A stretch of 59,218 nt of DNA, filler included, from Basidiobolus ranarum (lineage: Eukaryota), in the NCBI GenBank assembly GCA_040143965.1. It is 10 parts of 10 records of this genome, joined end to end, with 100 filler letters (N's around TTAATTAATTAA, not from the genome) between each part and the next. Parts side by side here need not be neighbours in the genome. Positions count along the whole stretch, not along the records: positions 23,779 to 29,615 come from JASJQH010001489.1; positions 29,716 to 35,544 come from JASJQH010001490.1; positions 35,645 to 41,471 come from JASJQH010001491.1; 7 more parts are not named here. One strand, given 5' to 3'. Shown here in pieces: positions 26,204 to 38,838 of the stretch. Position numbers and translations under genes: made by a program. Position 1 is the stretch's first letter; each line of letters opens with the position of its first letter. The notes under the pieces were generated by a model. It saw only the letters and a program-made list of their open reading frames with translations. It was not told the origin of the DNA and made no database searches.

Positions 26204-27526
26204 GGTGCACATCAAATAGATTCCGTAGATATGGATACTGTGAGAATATTGGCAATGGGAATATTAGCTATGAGAATATTAGGGTTATTGAGATAAAATC
26301 AAGTTATGGTTCAGGCCAACTGGTGTGATCCACTTACTCAGTAGATATCCATCGTGTACAAATCCAGATATGGATCGTGTTCTATTATTAGTGCGATCTC
26401 TACATTCTGATATTTTATAACTGATTCGATTTAGTGAAGTAGCATTGTTCCTATTTTACCCATTTTACCGTAGTTTGTCTATTTACGTCATTCGCAAAGA
26501 GCCAAGATATCACATACTTTAAGTGGATTACTAAGTATGTGAATGTGAATGAATTACTTACTCACCATCATAATTTAGGGTTAGGGTTAGTTTCACCCTT
26601 GGTAGATAACAGTACTTGGTATCGCCATCTTTACGTTAATAATGGTAATATGGTAAAGGTTATGAATTATGACTGATCTTAGAATCTGTATAAATATGTA
26701 TAAACACTTAGTATAAATTACGTTATGTAAATAAATACATCAATTGTATCTGAACTCTGTCATAGGATCATTTACAATATGATTTAAATATTAGTTCCTT
26801 TTCTTATACATAGGTTTGATCAGGCTTAAATTGCTATGTCATTTGATTGGATTAAAGAAGTGCTGGTGAAGCCGAAGAGTACACTTTGCTTGGTACAATT
26901 TGCTAGCACTATAGTTATGATTTTCCCACCAAACACTAGCGTTACATCTTTAGAAATTGACTATGAAGGGTTCGTTCTCCTGCCATTAGTGTTTGTTAAG
27001 AAAGTAGTCTACTAGATGTCGGTGTTTCTATATTACCTCTGTATTTTGGAAGTAAGACTAAATAAATATTGCACCTATTTAGACTTTTCCTCCTCTCCGA
27101 AGCAATAGTAGTTATCAAGTCAATCAAATTGCTCGAATCTTCCTGAAGTTGATGGAAATTAAAGAGTGTGCGAGAAAAATTTACACATCCTCAAAAGTCT
27201 CGAATTTCAATAAAAAAATCATAGTTGCTAAAATTTAGTAGCATATTTAGTGTTATTAATCGCACATGAGAATAATACAATCAGCGAGCAAATTACAAGT
27301 ATACTCTTAATATCGGAAATATCTATAAAAATGACCTGGCGGGGGTCGAACGCACGACCTTGAAACTATCCGTAATACCGATATGACAAACACGAAGTAT
27401 GATTCTGGTTTCAAGTGTCCAGGAGTGACTGATAGCTAAGTAGGAATTTCAGCAGAGCAATTCTGACAAATATCTGATTGTAATTCAGGGTTTATTATAT
27501 TTAGTCATGTCGTAAGTTGAGGTTAC

Positions 27527-29615
27527 TTATTCGTTGATACTTTCAATGAGTTGTTCCAGCTTATTTGCAACAGTCTCAACGTAAGGTGACTGCATCATTG
27601 AAAAATGGGAGCCATCAACTAACTCGGTGATATCCTTTCCTCTCATGAAATGTTCCCACCGCTGGACTACTTGGCGTGGATTTGCCTGCAATTTACTTTG
27701 CGAGCTCTGAATCTGGCACACAATCCCAGAATAATGGTCGGGCGTATACTCTCGCATTTGAGAGATCCGATTGAGAGCGTTAGTCAATAACTCTAGCGTC
27801 ACCTCATCATCTCTGGATATGCTGTTACCCAATCCAAACATATCTCTGATTATGTGGATTTCTTCGGTGAATATTTCAGTCGATTCCTGCATCTGATTCA
27901 TTAGATTGGTGATCATTCGAGTCAATGGTGCTGAATAGATCTCATAGTTCACAGGTCCAAATAGAGGATAAGAGTCGAATAGAATAACCGAGGGGACGTC
28001 GATGCCAATCTTTTGAAGCTGAACGGCCACCCCAAATGCAATATTACCTCCATAAGACCAGCCACCTATAATGAATTTTTGGGCAGCAGATGCTTTCAGT
28101 AGTGATTGGGCATAGTACTGTGTCATATCCTCCACAGTAGTAAAAGTTTGATGTTGCATAAGACCCAAGAAATCGGATGCGTATATTCCGTAAATAGGTC
28201 CGCTGTGATCCAAACATTCGATCAGAGGTTGATAGTACGAAATTCCACCCCCTATAGCATGAACCAAGACGATCGGTGTTTTTTCTCCCCCGTCACGAAG
28301 TGTGACTATCGGACTCTCATCAGTCTCGTTTTTTAAATTGAGACTTCGTTCAACTATAAGTTTGGCTAGCAAATAGATAGTGGGAGCCGTAAAGAGATTT
28401 TGTAAACTTATAGAGGCACCTAATATTTTGCGAATCTTTGAAATCAATCGAATTGAGAGCAAAGAGTGCCCACCTAAGTTGAAGAAGTTGCCATGAACAC
28501 TAACACGTTCAAGTCCAAGTACTTCCGCAAAAATCTGGCCAAGAGATTTTTCGAGGTCCGTTTCAGGTTTTACGTAATCAGCTTCCTCATCCACAAAACT
28601 CAAGCTTGGAGCCGGCAACGCTGCACGATTTATCTTACCATTAGGCATGAGTGGCAGAGTATCCAGGATGACAATGTAACTTGGAATCATAAATTTGGGT
28701 AGTACTGTACGTAGATACTCACGTAAATGCGGGACAAATTGCTTGCTAACAGCTTCATGCAATGGATTATTACCATACAATTTCCATTGCCATACATTAT
28801 AGTGTGGCTCCTTGAAGTGATAAACACTAAGTGTTTCTTGCCCAGTTTTACCAAAAATTACATCAAAGCATCCATCGTTCTGCTGACGACTCCAACTGAT
28901 ACTAACATCGTAACCTGCATTTTTTCCTATAGTATAAATATCGTCAACCTCAACACCTGAAGGTATAGTTGCCTCCAGCTGAGTTCTTATACTTGAGACT
29001 GAGAGTGCTTGAGACTCCTCCATCTCCAATAATTTAACAAGAGCCACCTCCTTAGTTAGCCTACTATTAGCGATGTTTTCAACTGCAAAATATTCTCTCT
29101 GACCACTTTCGAGTGTCTGCTTGATTTCATCTAGAGTGATCCCGGATATCTGATAGTCCACCCAATCCTCAATTACTTGACTTCCATCACGAGTGCCAAC
29201 TCGAATAACCACTTGGTAGCGGTATTGAGTCAGCTCGTTGAGACTACGACCAGTTTTGGTTAGAATCTCTACATTTCCTATCTCTGGGATTTCTTCTTTC
29301 AGTGCGAAGAAAAAGGCTGGATCAACCATCAGCTCTTTCTCACTCATCATCCGATCCAAGATGCGTTGCTCTAGTACGTCGGCTCGAAGATCACCATGGG
29401 CTTTGTGTAGCTCCATAGAGGAGTGATAATGTTTCAACAAAACAAGACTACGGATATCACCCAGGAAGATATGGCCTCCAGCTCGAAGTAACTTGACTGC
29501 CCTGACCACCACATCTTTGAGATACTCAATATTCGGGAAGTATTGAGCTACAGAGTTGCATATTATCGTGTCAAAACTTCCCTCTTCCATAGAGTCCAGC
29601 TGATCACCACTGCGT
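27527..29615 (-). CDS. Non-ribosomal peptide synthetase terminal module: N-methyltransferase - A(sub) - PCP - thioesterase (5' truncated, intronless)
   Basis: N-MT motif ICNSVAQYFP...GGHIFLGDIR, A10 motif LPLMPNGKINRAALP, PCP NFFNLGGHSLL, TE triad GWSYGG / LFDS / GSHFSMM. Confidence 0.95.
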
Positions 29616-29715
29616 NNNNNNNNNNNNNNNNNNNNNNNNNNNNNNNNNNNNNNNNNNNNTTAATTAATTAANNNNNNNNNNNNNNNNNNNNNNNNNNNNN
29701 NNNNNNNNNNNNNNN

Positions 29716-30860
29716 ATATAGACTAAGCATCTTTATAGTCATATAGCTAGCTACATCAGTTTCACTATGCTATTATTCATTATCTTTATGGGGAATTTAC
29801 TTGAAAGTTCTCATATTATCTGATCTTCTCAAACTTTGTACTCACACATTGGTTTATCTGCCTCATGAAGAAGGTATCAACATCAACTTGGATTTGGTAA
29901 TTTGGTAAGTGAAAACTATTGAAATATATTGCACATTTACTTGAAGTGGTAATGGGAACTGGAAAGAGTTGATAGTTCTTATGTATTGACTTGGTGATTG
30001 GAAAGTTGGCATATATAGCTTTATCAAGAGGTAAGAAATGAGAAATTGGTGGTTTTCACTTATTGATATATTGAGTAGAAAGCTGACTTTATAGTTTTGT
30101 CACGATTTGAGCAAATAAACGTGTGGAATATGTTAAAAAAAGTCCCAGGAGCATGTGTTCAAAGTTTTGGGTTTCTAGCACAAGTTTGAAAAATCTAAAT
30201 ATCCGAGTACTTCTAAGTTGGTAAAAATATTCCAAGTAAATTCCGATTGAGAATAATGGGTGATATCTTGGTGAAATATAGGATAACTAAATACTAAGCT
30301 ATATATGACTATATAGGTGCTTAGGCAATGCTAGTTTCAACATAACTAAGTATTAAGCTATATATGACTATATAGATGTTTAAGCTATGTTAATTTCAAC
30401 AGTAACATCATAAAGAGTAGTGAAATCACTGGCATAATATCAAAGACTGTAGTTTGGACTCAGGTTGGGCTGTAACCAATACTAGATTGAATCATGGAGT
30501 GAATGCAGCAATATTATCAAAAGAGAGATGCATGCAAAGCAATGAGTCAGTTAAGAGCACAGTGTATGACTCTGCGGATAATGCTCCAGCCTATGATTAA
30601 CACACAGTTTTTCCATTGGCTTGAAGATGATGATGAAATTAGTATAGCCTAAACATCTACATAGTCATATATAGCTTAGTATTTAGTTCTCCTACATTTC
30701 AACACCTGGGACCTTTCTTAGCACATTCTACACGTTTATTTGTTTACCTCTTGACAAAAATATAAATGTCAACTTTCTACTCAATATATCAATTAGTGAA
30801 AACCACCAATTCTTCTAGTTCGCCAAACCACCTCCAACAAACTCCCAAAATACTTCAACA
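29716..30860. repeat. Cluster of the AT-rich repeat: forward ~29716-29800, reverse ~30040-30402, forward ~30630-30860
   Basis: Shares TATAGTCATATATAGCTTAG and GTGAAAACCACCAATT blocks with 5741-5850 and 17839-18080, in both orientations. Confidence 0.85.
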
Positions 30861-32445
30861 GATGAAAGTCAATCACAATCTCTCTGGGGTTCTGAGAGTG
30901 GTTAAGACATTTTTTCAACATGGGAAGCACACTGAAGGTACTGGTGTGACAACATACTTTCGGGAGCATCAAAGAGACAGAATATAGATGGGATGACATA
31001 TTTCGTAGTTTAGTCGGTAGTTACAAATTGCTGCCATCAGATAAAGTGAGCAATCGTTGACCATTTATCCATTACTACTTGAATAGAGTCATACGAATGG
31101 AAGAGTGGAGGATCAGAAATGAAATATATGGAAATGGATTGCTGTTGTTGAACTATCAGATGCATTCAGAATTGATACTTTAACTTCTGTGAATGATGGA
31201 TTCAGAAGATGGCCAATAAATATGATAAGTAGGATGTATAGAAATCAAGATGCTCAGTCAATGTATCTCAGCAAAGCATTATTCCAATCTAGCGTGCACC
31301 AGAGTATTGAGAAATTTTTCCAATTCAAGGAATAAAGAAGATTGAGCAATACACATACTGTCCATAGAATTGATGTACATGTAAGTGTAAAAGTGGTTAC
31401 ACGTCGATAAAAGTTATACTTCTATATCAAGTATGTTGAAGATAAGAAAATACCTAATTTTAAGATATAAAAACACCTATTTCATCCAGTATATGGAGCA
31501 GCACGCGGATATAGTATATCTATACCCCCAATCTTGAAAAAGTCTATATGACAACTGTGAGCTGCCTTTCCCAAAAAGGCAGTGAATAATACTCCGATCA
31601 ATATCCAAATCGTACAAAAGAAAGTTAAAAGCTTTGGTATTCGTTTTGAAAGGACATGCAACAAGCTAAAATTGTCAATGACAGGATGGCAGATAGAAGT
31701 ATAGTTTCTATGATCTCAGATAACTTATGCAACGGCAAACACCAAAACGAAGGTGTAAAATATGCTGTGTAGAAACAATGCATATGTACTACTAATCAAG
31801 TATAATGCCCATTACATCGTTTGATGGATATAATGTTCAGATATCTAAATCTTCGAGCATATTTACGACCAGACTTTGCTAGTCGTGGAGTTTTGCTGAG
31901 ATGAGTCTGGGCGACTGGTTACATTATATTCTCATCGAGAATGATGAGTTCTGGTCCTACTATAGACTATACTGAACTCGAATGCTCCCGAAAATAAGAT
32001 CAAGTCCATTCAAGAGTTCACATCTAATAGAGACACATTCTTTGTCAGGAATAACTATCAACAAACCAAATGCACTGGATCGAAGGAGAATTACTCTGCA
32101 TTCGTATAAATATAAATATAGATTTTATCGTGTGGGAGTCATTTTTGTACAAGTATGAAATAGATGGATGCAAGAATTAATGGATGTCAAATATATGTTA
32201 GTAATCCCGTGTGCAAGGATTGTCGGAGTAGAGATTGATGGATTTTCATATATGTCGGAAGAAGGCTTAAAGAGCGTTTCTTTAAAGGAGCTAGTGATAT
32301 ATATATATATATAGTTGATGATAAGAGAAGCAAAAAGCGGGGGTGAAGTGAGGTGTCTACATGTGTACAGAGCGAAATGCTTGCTCCAATGAGTCGTAAA
32401 TGTGTAGAGAGGCATGTGCGTATGACCATGCTTAGAAATTGTTGA

Positions 32446-34226
32446 TTAATCATACCAACAATTATCATCTAATATGGACCTGTGTTCAGCTTCCATTTCT
32501 ATTGAACCAGGGAGTGACCATGATGAAGTAGTCTCCAGTAGATCCACAGAAACAAGGCTAAGACAAGACTTGAGGGTTTTGGATAGAGTGGAACGAGTCA
32601 GTGTGTCATTACGCTCAATCCTCAATACACGTAGACTGCGAGCGCAATGTGTTGAGATGGCGTCAAGAATATCGTTGGTGATGGTCCAATATTTGACATT
32701 TAAGTGTGTAAGACGAGCACCATGCTTCTGTATCAAAGGGATAAGAATATTCGAATCCAAAGGTGCTTGATTTTTTGACCGACGCGGACTCGCCGGAATT
32801 CGTAAATCCTGAATCAAGTGACATCTCTCAGTGATGATCTGAACTACATTAGGGGTGATTCCAGAACCTCCGTTAAGACTTAATTTGCGCAGACGAGTGG
32901 CGCACTGTTGCACAATAGATAACAAGCTAGCTTCGGTGAAATTGTGAGCTCCTAAGGAGAGCTCCTCCAGACTAGTGCAATACTGTGCTATCAATTCACC
33001 AATTCTAGCTTCTAATGGAGAGGAAATATCCCGGAGGTCAAGTATTTTGAGGCTTTTACCACAACGTTTCAAAACCTCTTCCAATGCAGCAACCAACTCA
33101 CTGTCATGAGAATGAAAACTCTCATGAAGTTTCAGCTGCTCAAGGTTTTTCGAAACGTACTTTCCCAATGAAACCAGACCTTGAATATTCAGGCCAGTAC
33201 GCTCTAATCTTAGCGAAGTTAACATACCCGAGTTAACCTCAAAGAGCTTGGACAAACTTTGATCATCAGCTAGGCTGGGATGTCCAGAGGATAAGGATAA
33301 ATCAAGCTGACGCAACCCGGGAAAGTAATAAGCGATATCTTCGATGAGTTGATCAACCGAGTACACATCTTTCGATGTCAACTTGAGCGACTGAAGCTGT
33401 GGTGAGATGGAAGCAATTTTTCCTATAAAATCTTCGTGAACCCCATTAACATTGATGGAAAGCTTCTGCAGGTTGGGAGCCAAAGGTAAAAACAAAGTGA
33501 AAAGAGTCATTTTCACTATAGCACCAGTTAACTTCAACGTTTTTAGGGACTCCATGGGTGCAAGGGATTTTCGGAATTCAGCAACACGGTCCGGTAATGT
33601 GAAGCTTAAATTGGGATCTGAAGGTTGATACATCGGTGCTTGAAAGCCGAGCTCGGTCAAACGAGTGCAATTTTTCATGAAGGAGAAGAAGTTTCGGGGG
33701 CCACGATGATCTGAGTGTTATTCTCCTCACAACTGAAGTGCAACCTACGAAGATATGGCTTAGACTGGGTAAGTGCAAAGAGACACTCGGCGGACGGACC
33801 AGCGCCATCAACTCGATTGAAAAGGGGAAGTTGAATAGACGTCAAAGCGGGGAGTTGACTAACAATCTGTTGAATAGAGGAATATGGAAAGAGATGGCCT
33901 TTATACTGTTTCAAATGAAACTCTCGAACAACGTGACAAGCTAAAGAAGTTACAAGGCGTTAGATAATGAAACATTAAGAAAGCAATATGAATATATCGA
34001 GTGTACCATCAGGTTGAGCTCGTAAACACTTCTCAAAAGCATTGAAAGAATCGACCGAGTTGAACTGAGGAGTATGCCATAGGTTTCCTACTGCGAAGCT
34101 ATACCAATTACGACACACCAAAAAGGCAGCAAACAAATCATGTTGAGATGGTTTTAAGTAGGGGAAAATTAGAGCTAATATCTCAAAGGGTAACTCTTGC
34201 CACTTGGGCACGATAGAAGAGGCCAT
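32446..34226 (-). CDS. F-box / leucine-rich-repeat (RNI-like) protein; one intron (~33941-34005) and an apparent frameshift near 33700
   Basis: F-box WQELPFEILALIFPYL...LVCRNW...LWHTP followed by many LxxLxL repeats (CTSLEELSL, LRKLSLNG, CLSLVSVDL). ORFs 33675-33914 and 32446-33678 are in different frames. Confidence 0.85.
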
Positions 34227-35644
34227 TGTACTACGATTAGTATAAGAATTGAAAGAAAGGATTGACAGTTGGGTATTGAGGAGAATAACGGACGTTTTTA
34301 TACGAATCAAGCTAACCGAAACCTACGCATAGCGGGGAAAAGGTTTTGTGGCACCGAGATTCAGGATATTGGGATAAACCAAATGTCAGAAATCGGGAGT
34401 GGGCGGGGTGAATTGAATGAAAGAAACTCAATACAGTGCTTTACAATCTAAACCCTTCGGAATGAAATTATTATTCAGGGAGTGGCTAAGCGAATTGTAA
34501 CTGATCTGACTGCTTTATTCCTTGCTCTCCATCCAAAACGAGAAGCCATTCATTCAATTTCTCATCTTAACATAAATAGACAGATTCTGTATTCTGATGA
34601 TTCCTGATGGTGAAACCAGGTGAATCGCCGTAATAAAATGAAGGATGTTGCTGCATTTTCGAAACACTTGTCTCTTTTAGGCAAATAATTATGTAGATGT
34701 TAATAGAAAGCGTCACACATATTAATGACACCAATATGATGTTTTTGGAACCTCTTTCTAAATCCTCGCATTTCCTCTTTTCCATACAATTCCCATTTCT
34801 AAACCAACCACAGCTCAAACGACGCATGAAACTAGTCTGGTGATACTCTGTCGGTTCTTGTCTGATGGAGATATCACGTGGATGACCCTCTCTGACCTGA
34901 ATCTAGGTGATGGTTCACTCTAAACACTCTTACTAATAGAAGCGGTTGGCGATTCTAGCCCTGCGCTCGAAGATTATCCGTAAAACTCTGGGCGCTCGCT
35001 GTAGATTGGAGACTAGTCTCGACTTCCGTTTCACTCTGCCATACCGACGTCGAATGGCTAAATGGAATGAACATGCGCTTGATCTTGCACATGAATCTTC
35101 CCTGGCCTTCTTGCTCAAGACCGCTCACATTATGAAGATGTTGTGTTTTTGAATCTGAGACCATCCAATTTCCGTCGAATCCAGCCAACCTGATCTACGT
35201 ACAATACTCGCACCAATGGTGATGTTCCTATGCTTCGATTTCACATGAAGAACGCGTGTTTTATTGCGACAAGATCTATTTGTCCAAGAGTGCATTCAAA
35301 TCAATTAATTAGTAATATCATGAGATGCTCAGTATAAACGTAGCTATGGTCCGATTTGCACAAATTTCCACTCGGATGTGACCAGATTTCGGTAAAAAAT
35401 ACTTGATTGATCCATCTTTATTCGAAACTTAAACATTGTATTAACGTTGCTGAATCAACATTCTTCCAGCTATCTGGCGGATACCCTGCAATATTGTGCC
35501 ACTCTGTATTAAGTTCTTCCCAGATATCTGCACGGTCAACACCANNNNNNNNNNNNNNNNNNNNNNNNNNNNNNNNNNNNNNNNNNNNTTAATTAATTAA
35601 NNNNNNNNNNNNNNNNNNNNNNNNNNNNNNNNNNNNNNNNNNNN

Positions 35645-35776
35645 CATCTCATCCTGGTTTTGGATGAGGAGCTTGATACGTTCAATGGGGGCAGCAGCAG
35701 TCTTGGAGACAGCGGCGGAGACACCACCCATGAGGAAATCAAGAGCGAAGTTCTTCTCGGTTTTTTGAGCAGACAT
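35645..35776 (-). CDS. AAC: Mitochondrial ADP/ATP carrier, 5' fragment
   Basis: [44 protein letters not shown], cut by the contig edge. Confidence 0.95.
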
Positions 35777-36360
35777 TGTTAATCAATTGAGATAGGAGGA
35801 ATGGCTCTTTACAAGAATTGAAACGTCGAAACTAATGGATAACTGTAGAGTATTTATTCTATTGTGAAAGTAGAAAATTTTCTATACTCTCCCCACTTGT
35901 TCCTATCTTTCCCCGCTTAACGGACGAAAGGTGTGATCATATGGTTCGATTGGGGAAATGATTTCTATCCAATCATATTGTATATTGATCCCGGATTTTT
36001 TCCCCCAAATGCATTAGGTCTTCTAAAAGTGGGGAATCCAATATGTTATCTAAATACGAATTTAGTCATTTCCTTTTGGTTCATTGGAAGTTTCTTTTAT
36101 CAAATGTCAGTGCATTCATTTGTCAATTCCTTTCATTCATACCATTCCACCGATTAATCGTTACCAACATCTATATTTGGAAGTATTAAAATCTGTTCCA
36201 AATAGTTGAAATAGCTAGATGGTTTCAGTTTCGGGGTATAGTGTAAGCCAAATGAATTCAGATCGCTAAACCACTAAGTATCTGTTGGCTGGATAATATA
36301 TCTTTCCTGGGGGGCTTTTACTTTGCTTTGGTAACCTTTCTTCGTAAATGGTATCGGAGA

Positions 36361-36420
36361 TTGATCTGTATTTATTTATGTTGATTTGTGTTAATTTATA
36401 TTGATTTATGTTGATTCATG
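36361..36420. repeat. Degenerate 10-bp tandem repeat (TTGATTTATG) x6
   Basis: Visible 10-nt periodicity just downstream of the cyclin stop codon. Confidence 0.7.
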
Positions 36421-36469
36421 AGCTCAGATTTCTATCACTCTTTCTATCGCTCTGGGTGTAACAAACTGC

Positions 36470-38024
36470 TTAGTTAAAGAAATATCTAACGGTGGAAGTA
36501 TCTACAGTGCTGGAGATATCAAGTTTACGACGTGTTGGCTCTACAAACAAAAGATGGGGGTTAGAAGCAATGTTTAAGTCTGATGTGAGCTACTCTCTTT
36601 ACCTTCACCATTATGATGTCCTTCTGTTCATACAAATCAGAGGGAAGTTAGTGTGTGAACTTCATGATAAGAATCAGACGAATCATACCCAAATGTGGTC
36701 GTTTTTTAGCTCTTTCATTCAGTTCAATCTTAACTCGAGTATATTCGGTTAGTTTGTCATCTTTGGGATCCGCTTGAGAGATATAAAAATCAAGCAGTTG
36801 ACAGCAAACATCTTCAAGAGATACTTTTAGTTATTTCATCATGTTGTATTGCTAATGCCACACCGCACATACCTTCAACATCGCTCAGGTGGCATGAGAG
36901 CGCCTTGTACCATGGCTTGCCATCTACAGTGCGAGGTATGGTGAATTTACCACGGGAGAGTAGGACCGCAAGATGAATGGCCCCAGCAGCTATGATATGA
37001 GGGGGATATTGCAGTCCCAGTTGTGTCTTGTAACTAAGTGAATTTCAATGAATTCCGTATATCTAAAAGTTTGTACAAATGAAAGACAACCGACCTCTCA
37101 ACTGTGATGTTCCATGCTTTTTGAGCCAATTTTTTGTCACCTGTGGTATATGTGATGTGTGAAATACTGTCAATTTATAAAGAAGCCAGTGAAGGTGCAA
37201 AGTACCATTGAGCTTCTTGACAAACTTAATGATATATTTGAATGGATGTTGTACTCTAAAGTCGAAACAGAGTGTCTCAATGATTAATCGCTCGTATGAT
37301 ATAATCCTCTTTCTCTTCTCTTCCACTTCCTACAGTTTTATAAAAGCTCTTAGTTACTCTGAAGATGCATGAGGGAATGAGGATGACTGAGTCAAAGAAA
37401 GTAACCTACCGGACTATCTAGACTCATATGTTTACCAGGATGAGCAACTTCATAGGTGGCAGCTAAGATGTCAGATAGCTTTTTAAAGGTTTCTTCTATT
37501 TTACATGCGACGAATAAACATGCGATCGATACTGTCTAAATATTCCCTCAATTCTTGAATAAAGGAGAAACGACTTCAACACGAGAAAAAGAAACTTACC
37601 ATAGGGGAGAAATCATTTAAAGAATAAAATAAGTAAAACCGATGATACAATAGTTGCGCCGTACTAAGAGTACGTTGAGGACTAAAAAGAAAGTAAAGTT
37701 AAGGTGAATCTTGAACCAAAACACATCTATTAACTAATTCCCAAATAAACCAAACTATTGCTCATTATTTCATAAAGGATACAAGCCTAATAGTTTCCCA
37801 CTATGAACAATAAAATTACAACAATGAACTCGGGTTTTCATCTCTTTTCGAATGGGTACGTTATCTCGTAGTGAGGGATTCTCTGTTAACTCCTCTTTGG
37901 TAAAGTAAATATGCGAATGTCGTTCTACACATAATTTTCGAGCTTGTTCAGATTTATCATTCTTCGAAGGGATGGTGTCGGAGTTATGCGTAGTACTTTT
38001 AGGTGAGCGTGTATTTGTTGACAT
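36470..38024 (-). CDS. Transcriptional cyclin, Ctk2/cyclin K-like (multi-exon)
   Basis: Cyclin box FPQRTLSTAQLLYHRFY, SIACLFVACKIEETFKKLSDI, YERLIIETLCFDFRVQHPF, YPPHIIAAGAI. Ends TVRYFFN*. The 3' exon structure is less certain. Confidence 0.88.
37682..37782 (-). other. U12-type (minor spliceosome) GT-AG intron, first intron of the cyclin gene
   Basis: Donor TT|GTATCCTTT, branch CACCTTAAC (37698-37706) about 16 nt from TAG. Removal gives in-frame LLGF-PQRT. Confidence 0.9.
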
Positions 38025-38322
38025 GTTTACAAGCTGAAGAGAGTCTTTCGTCTTCTACTTTAGTAAAATTCTATGAATCGTTAGTTAGTCATCTAATACT
38101 TCAAAAGCCCCATGTTATTTTAGGGATAAATATAGGAGAAAAAAGAAAAATATTCGATATTCACTGGTAAAATAAACCACATAAATTGAACGATTAAGAT
38201 GAATTTATTTTGGCAACATTATAAGAACAATTGTGAATATGTTTAATGAGAGGGATGATGTGATATGCGATATCAAGATATGTGAAGAACTTATTGCTCC
38301 AATTCTATGCTAAAAAGTTCCT

Positions 38323-38838
38323 TTAAACGCGATTGGCAGCAAATGATTGGCATTGCTTCAACATATCAAGGTAAAATTGACAAGCAGAGAAGTCGTTGTT
38401 GCTGGTTTCCAAGCAGTTGGTGAAAGCCTTGACGTCAGCATCACAGCTGTGGCTAGCGGGTGCTTGGAAAGGAGAAGCCTCGTATTGGGGAGCGGCAGGT
38501 TGAGGAGCAGCGGGCTGTGGAGCAGCTTCTTCAGAGCTACCGCTACCACTGAAAAGACTGGTGACTCCATGTCCGACAGCGTGTCCAACAGCGGAACCAA
38601 CAGCAACACCAGCAGCTGTAGTGGCCATTTGAGCGAAAAGTCCAGGTTGTTGGGGTTGGACAGGTGCCATAGCACCAGCAGGAGCTGGAGTCATGGCTGA
38701 GTGTTGAGCGGGAGCAGGAGCTGGTGGAGCAGGAGCATGTCTTGGTTGTGGGGGAGTGGCAACGGTGGATGCAGAACGTGTTTGAGTACGAGCAGCAGGG
38801 CGAGCGGAGCGACCGGAGCTTCTAGATGAACGAGCCAT
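38323..38838 (-). CDS. MIX17: Mitochondrial twin-CX9C protein Mix17/CHCHD2
   Basis: Arg/Ser-rich N-terminus, QPGLFAQMATTAAGVAVGSAVGH helix and CX9C-X10-CX9C. Confidence 0.95.
   Translation of the reverse strand: MARSSRSSGRSARPAARTQTRSASTVATPPQPRHAPAPPAPAPAQHSAMTPAPAGAMAPVQPQQPGLFAQMATTAAGVAVGSAVGHAVGHGVTSLFSGSGSSEEAAPQPAAPQPAAPQYEASPFQAPASHSCDADVKAFTNCLETSNNDFSACQFYLDMLKQCQSFAANRV

Noticed and set aside
25900-26215. (LYITL)n and (HNVAL)n ORFs as repeat-peptide precursors
   Set aside because: They are translations of the 15-bp minisatellite, with no signal peptide, processing sites or synonymous variation.
27327-27370. tRNA-like 3' half on the minus strand (AAGGTCGTGCGTTCGACCCCCGCCAGGTCA then T5)
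   Set aside because: No matching 5' acceptor strand or D-arm found; at most a tRNA/SINE relic.
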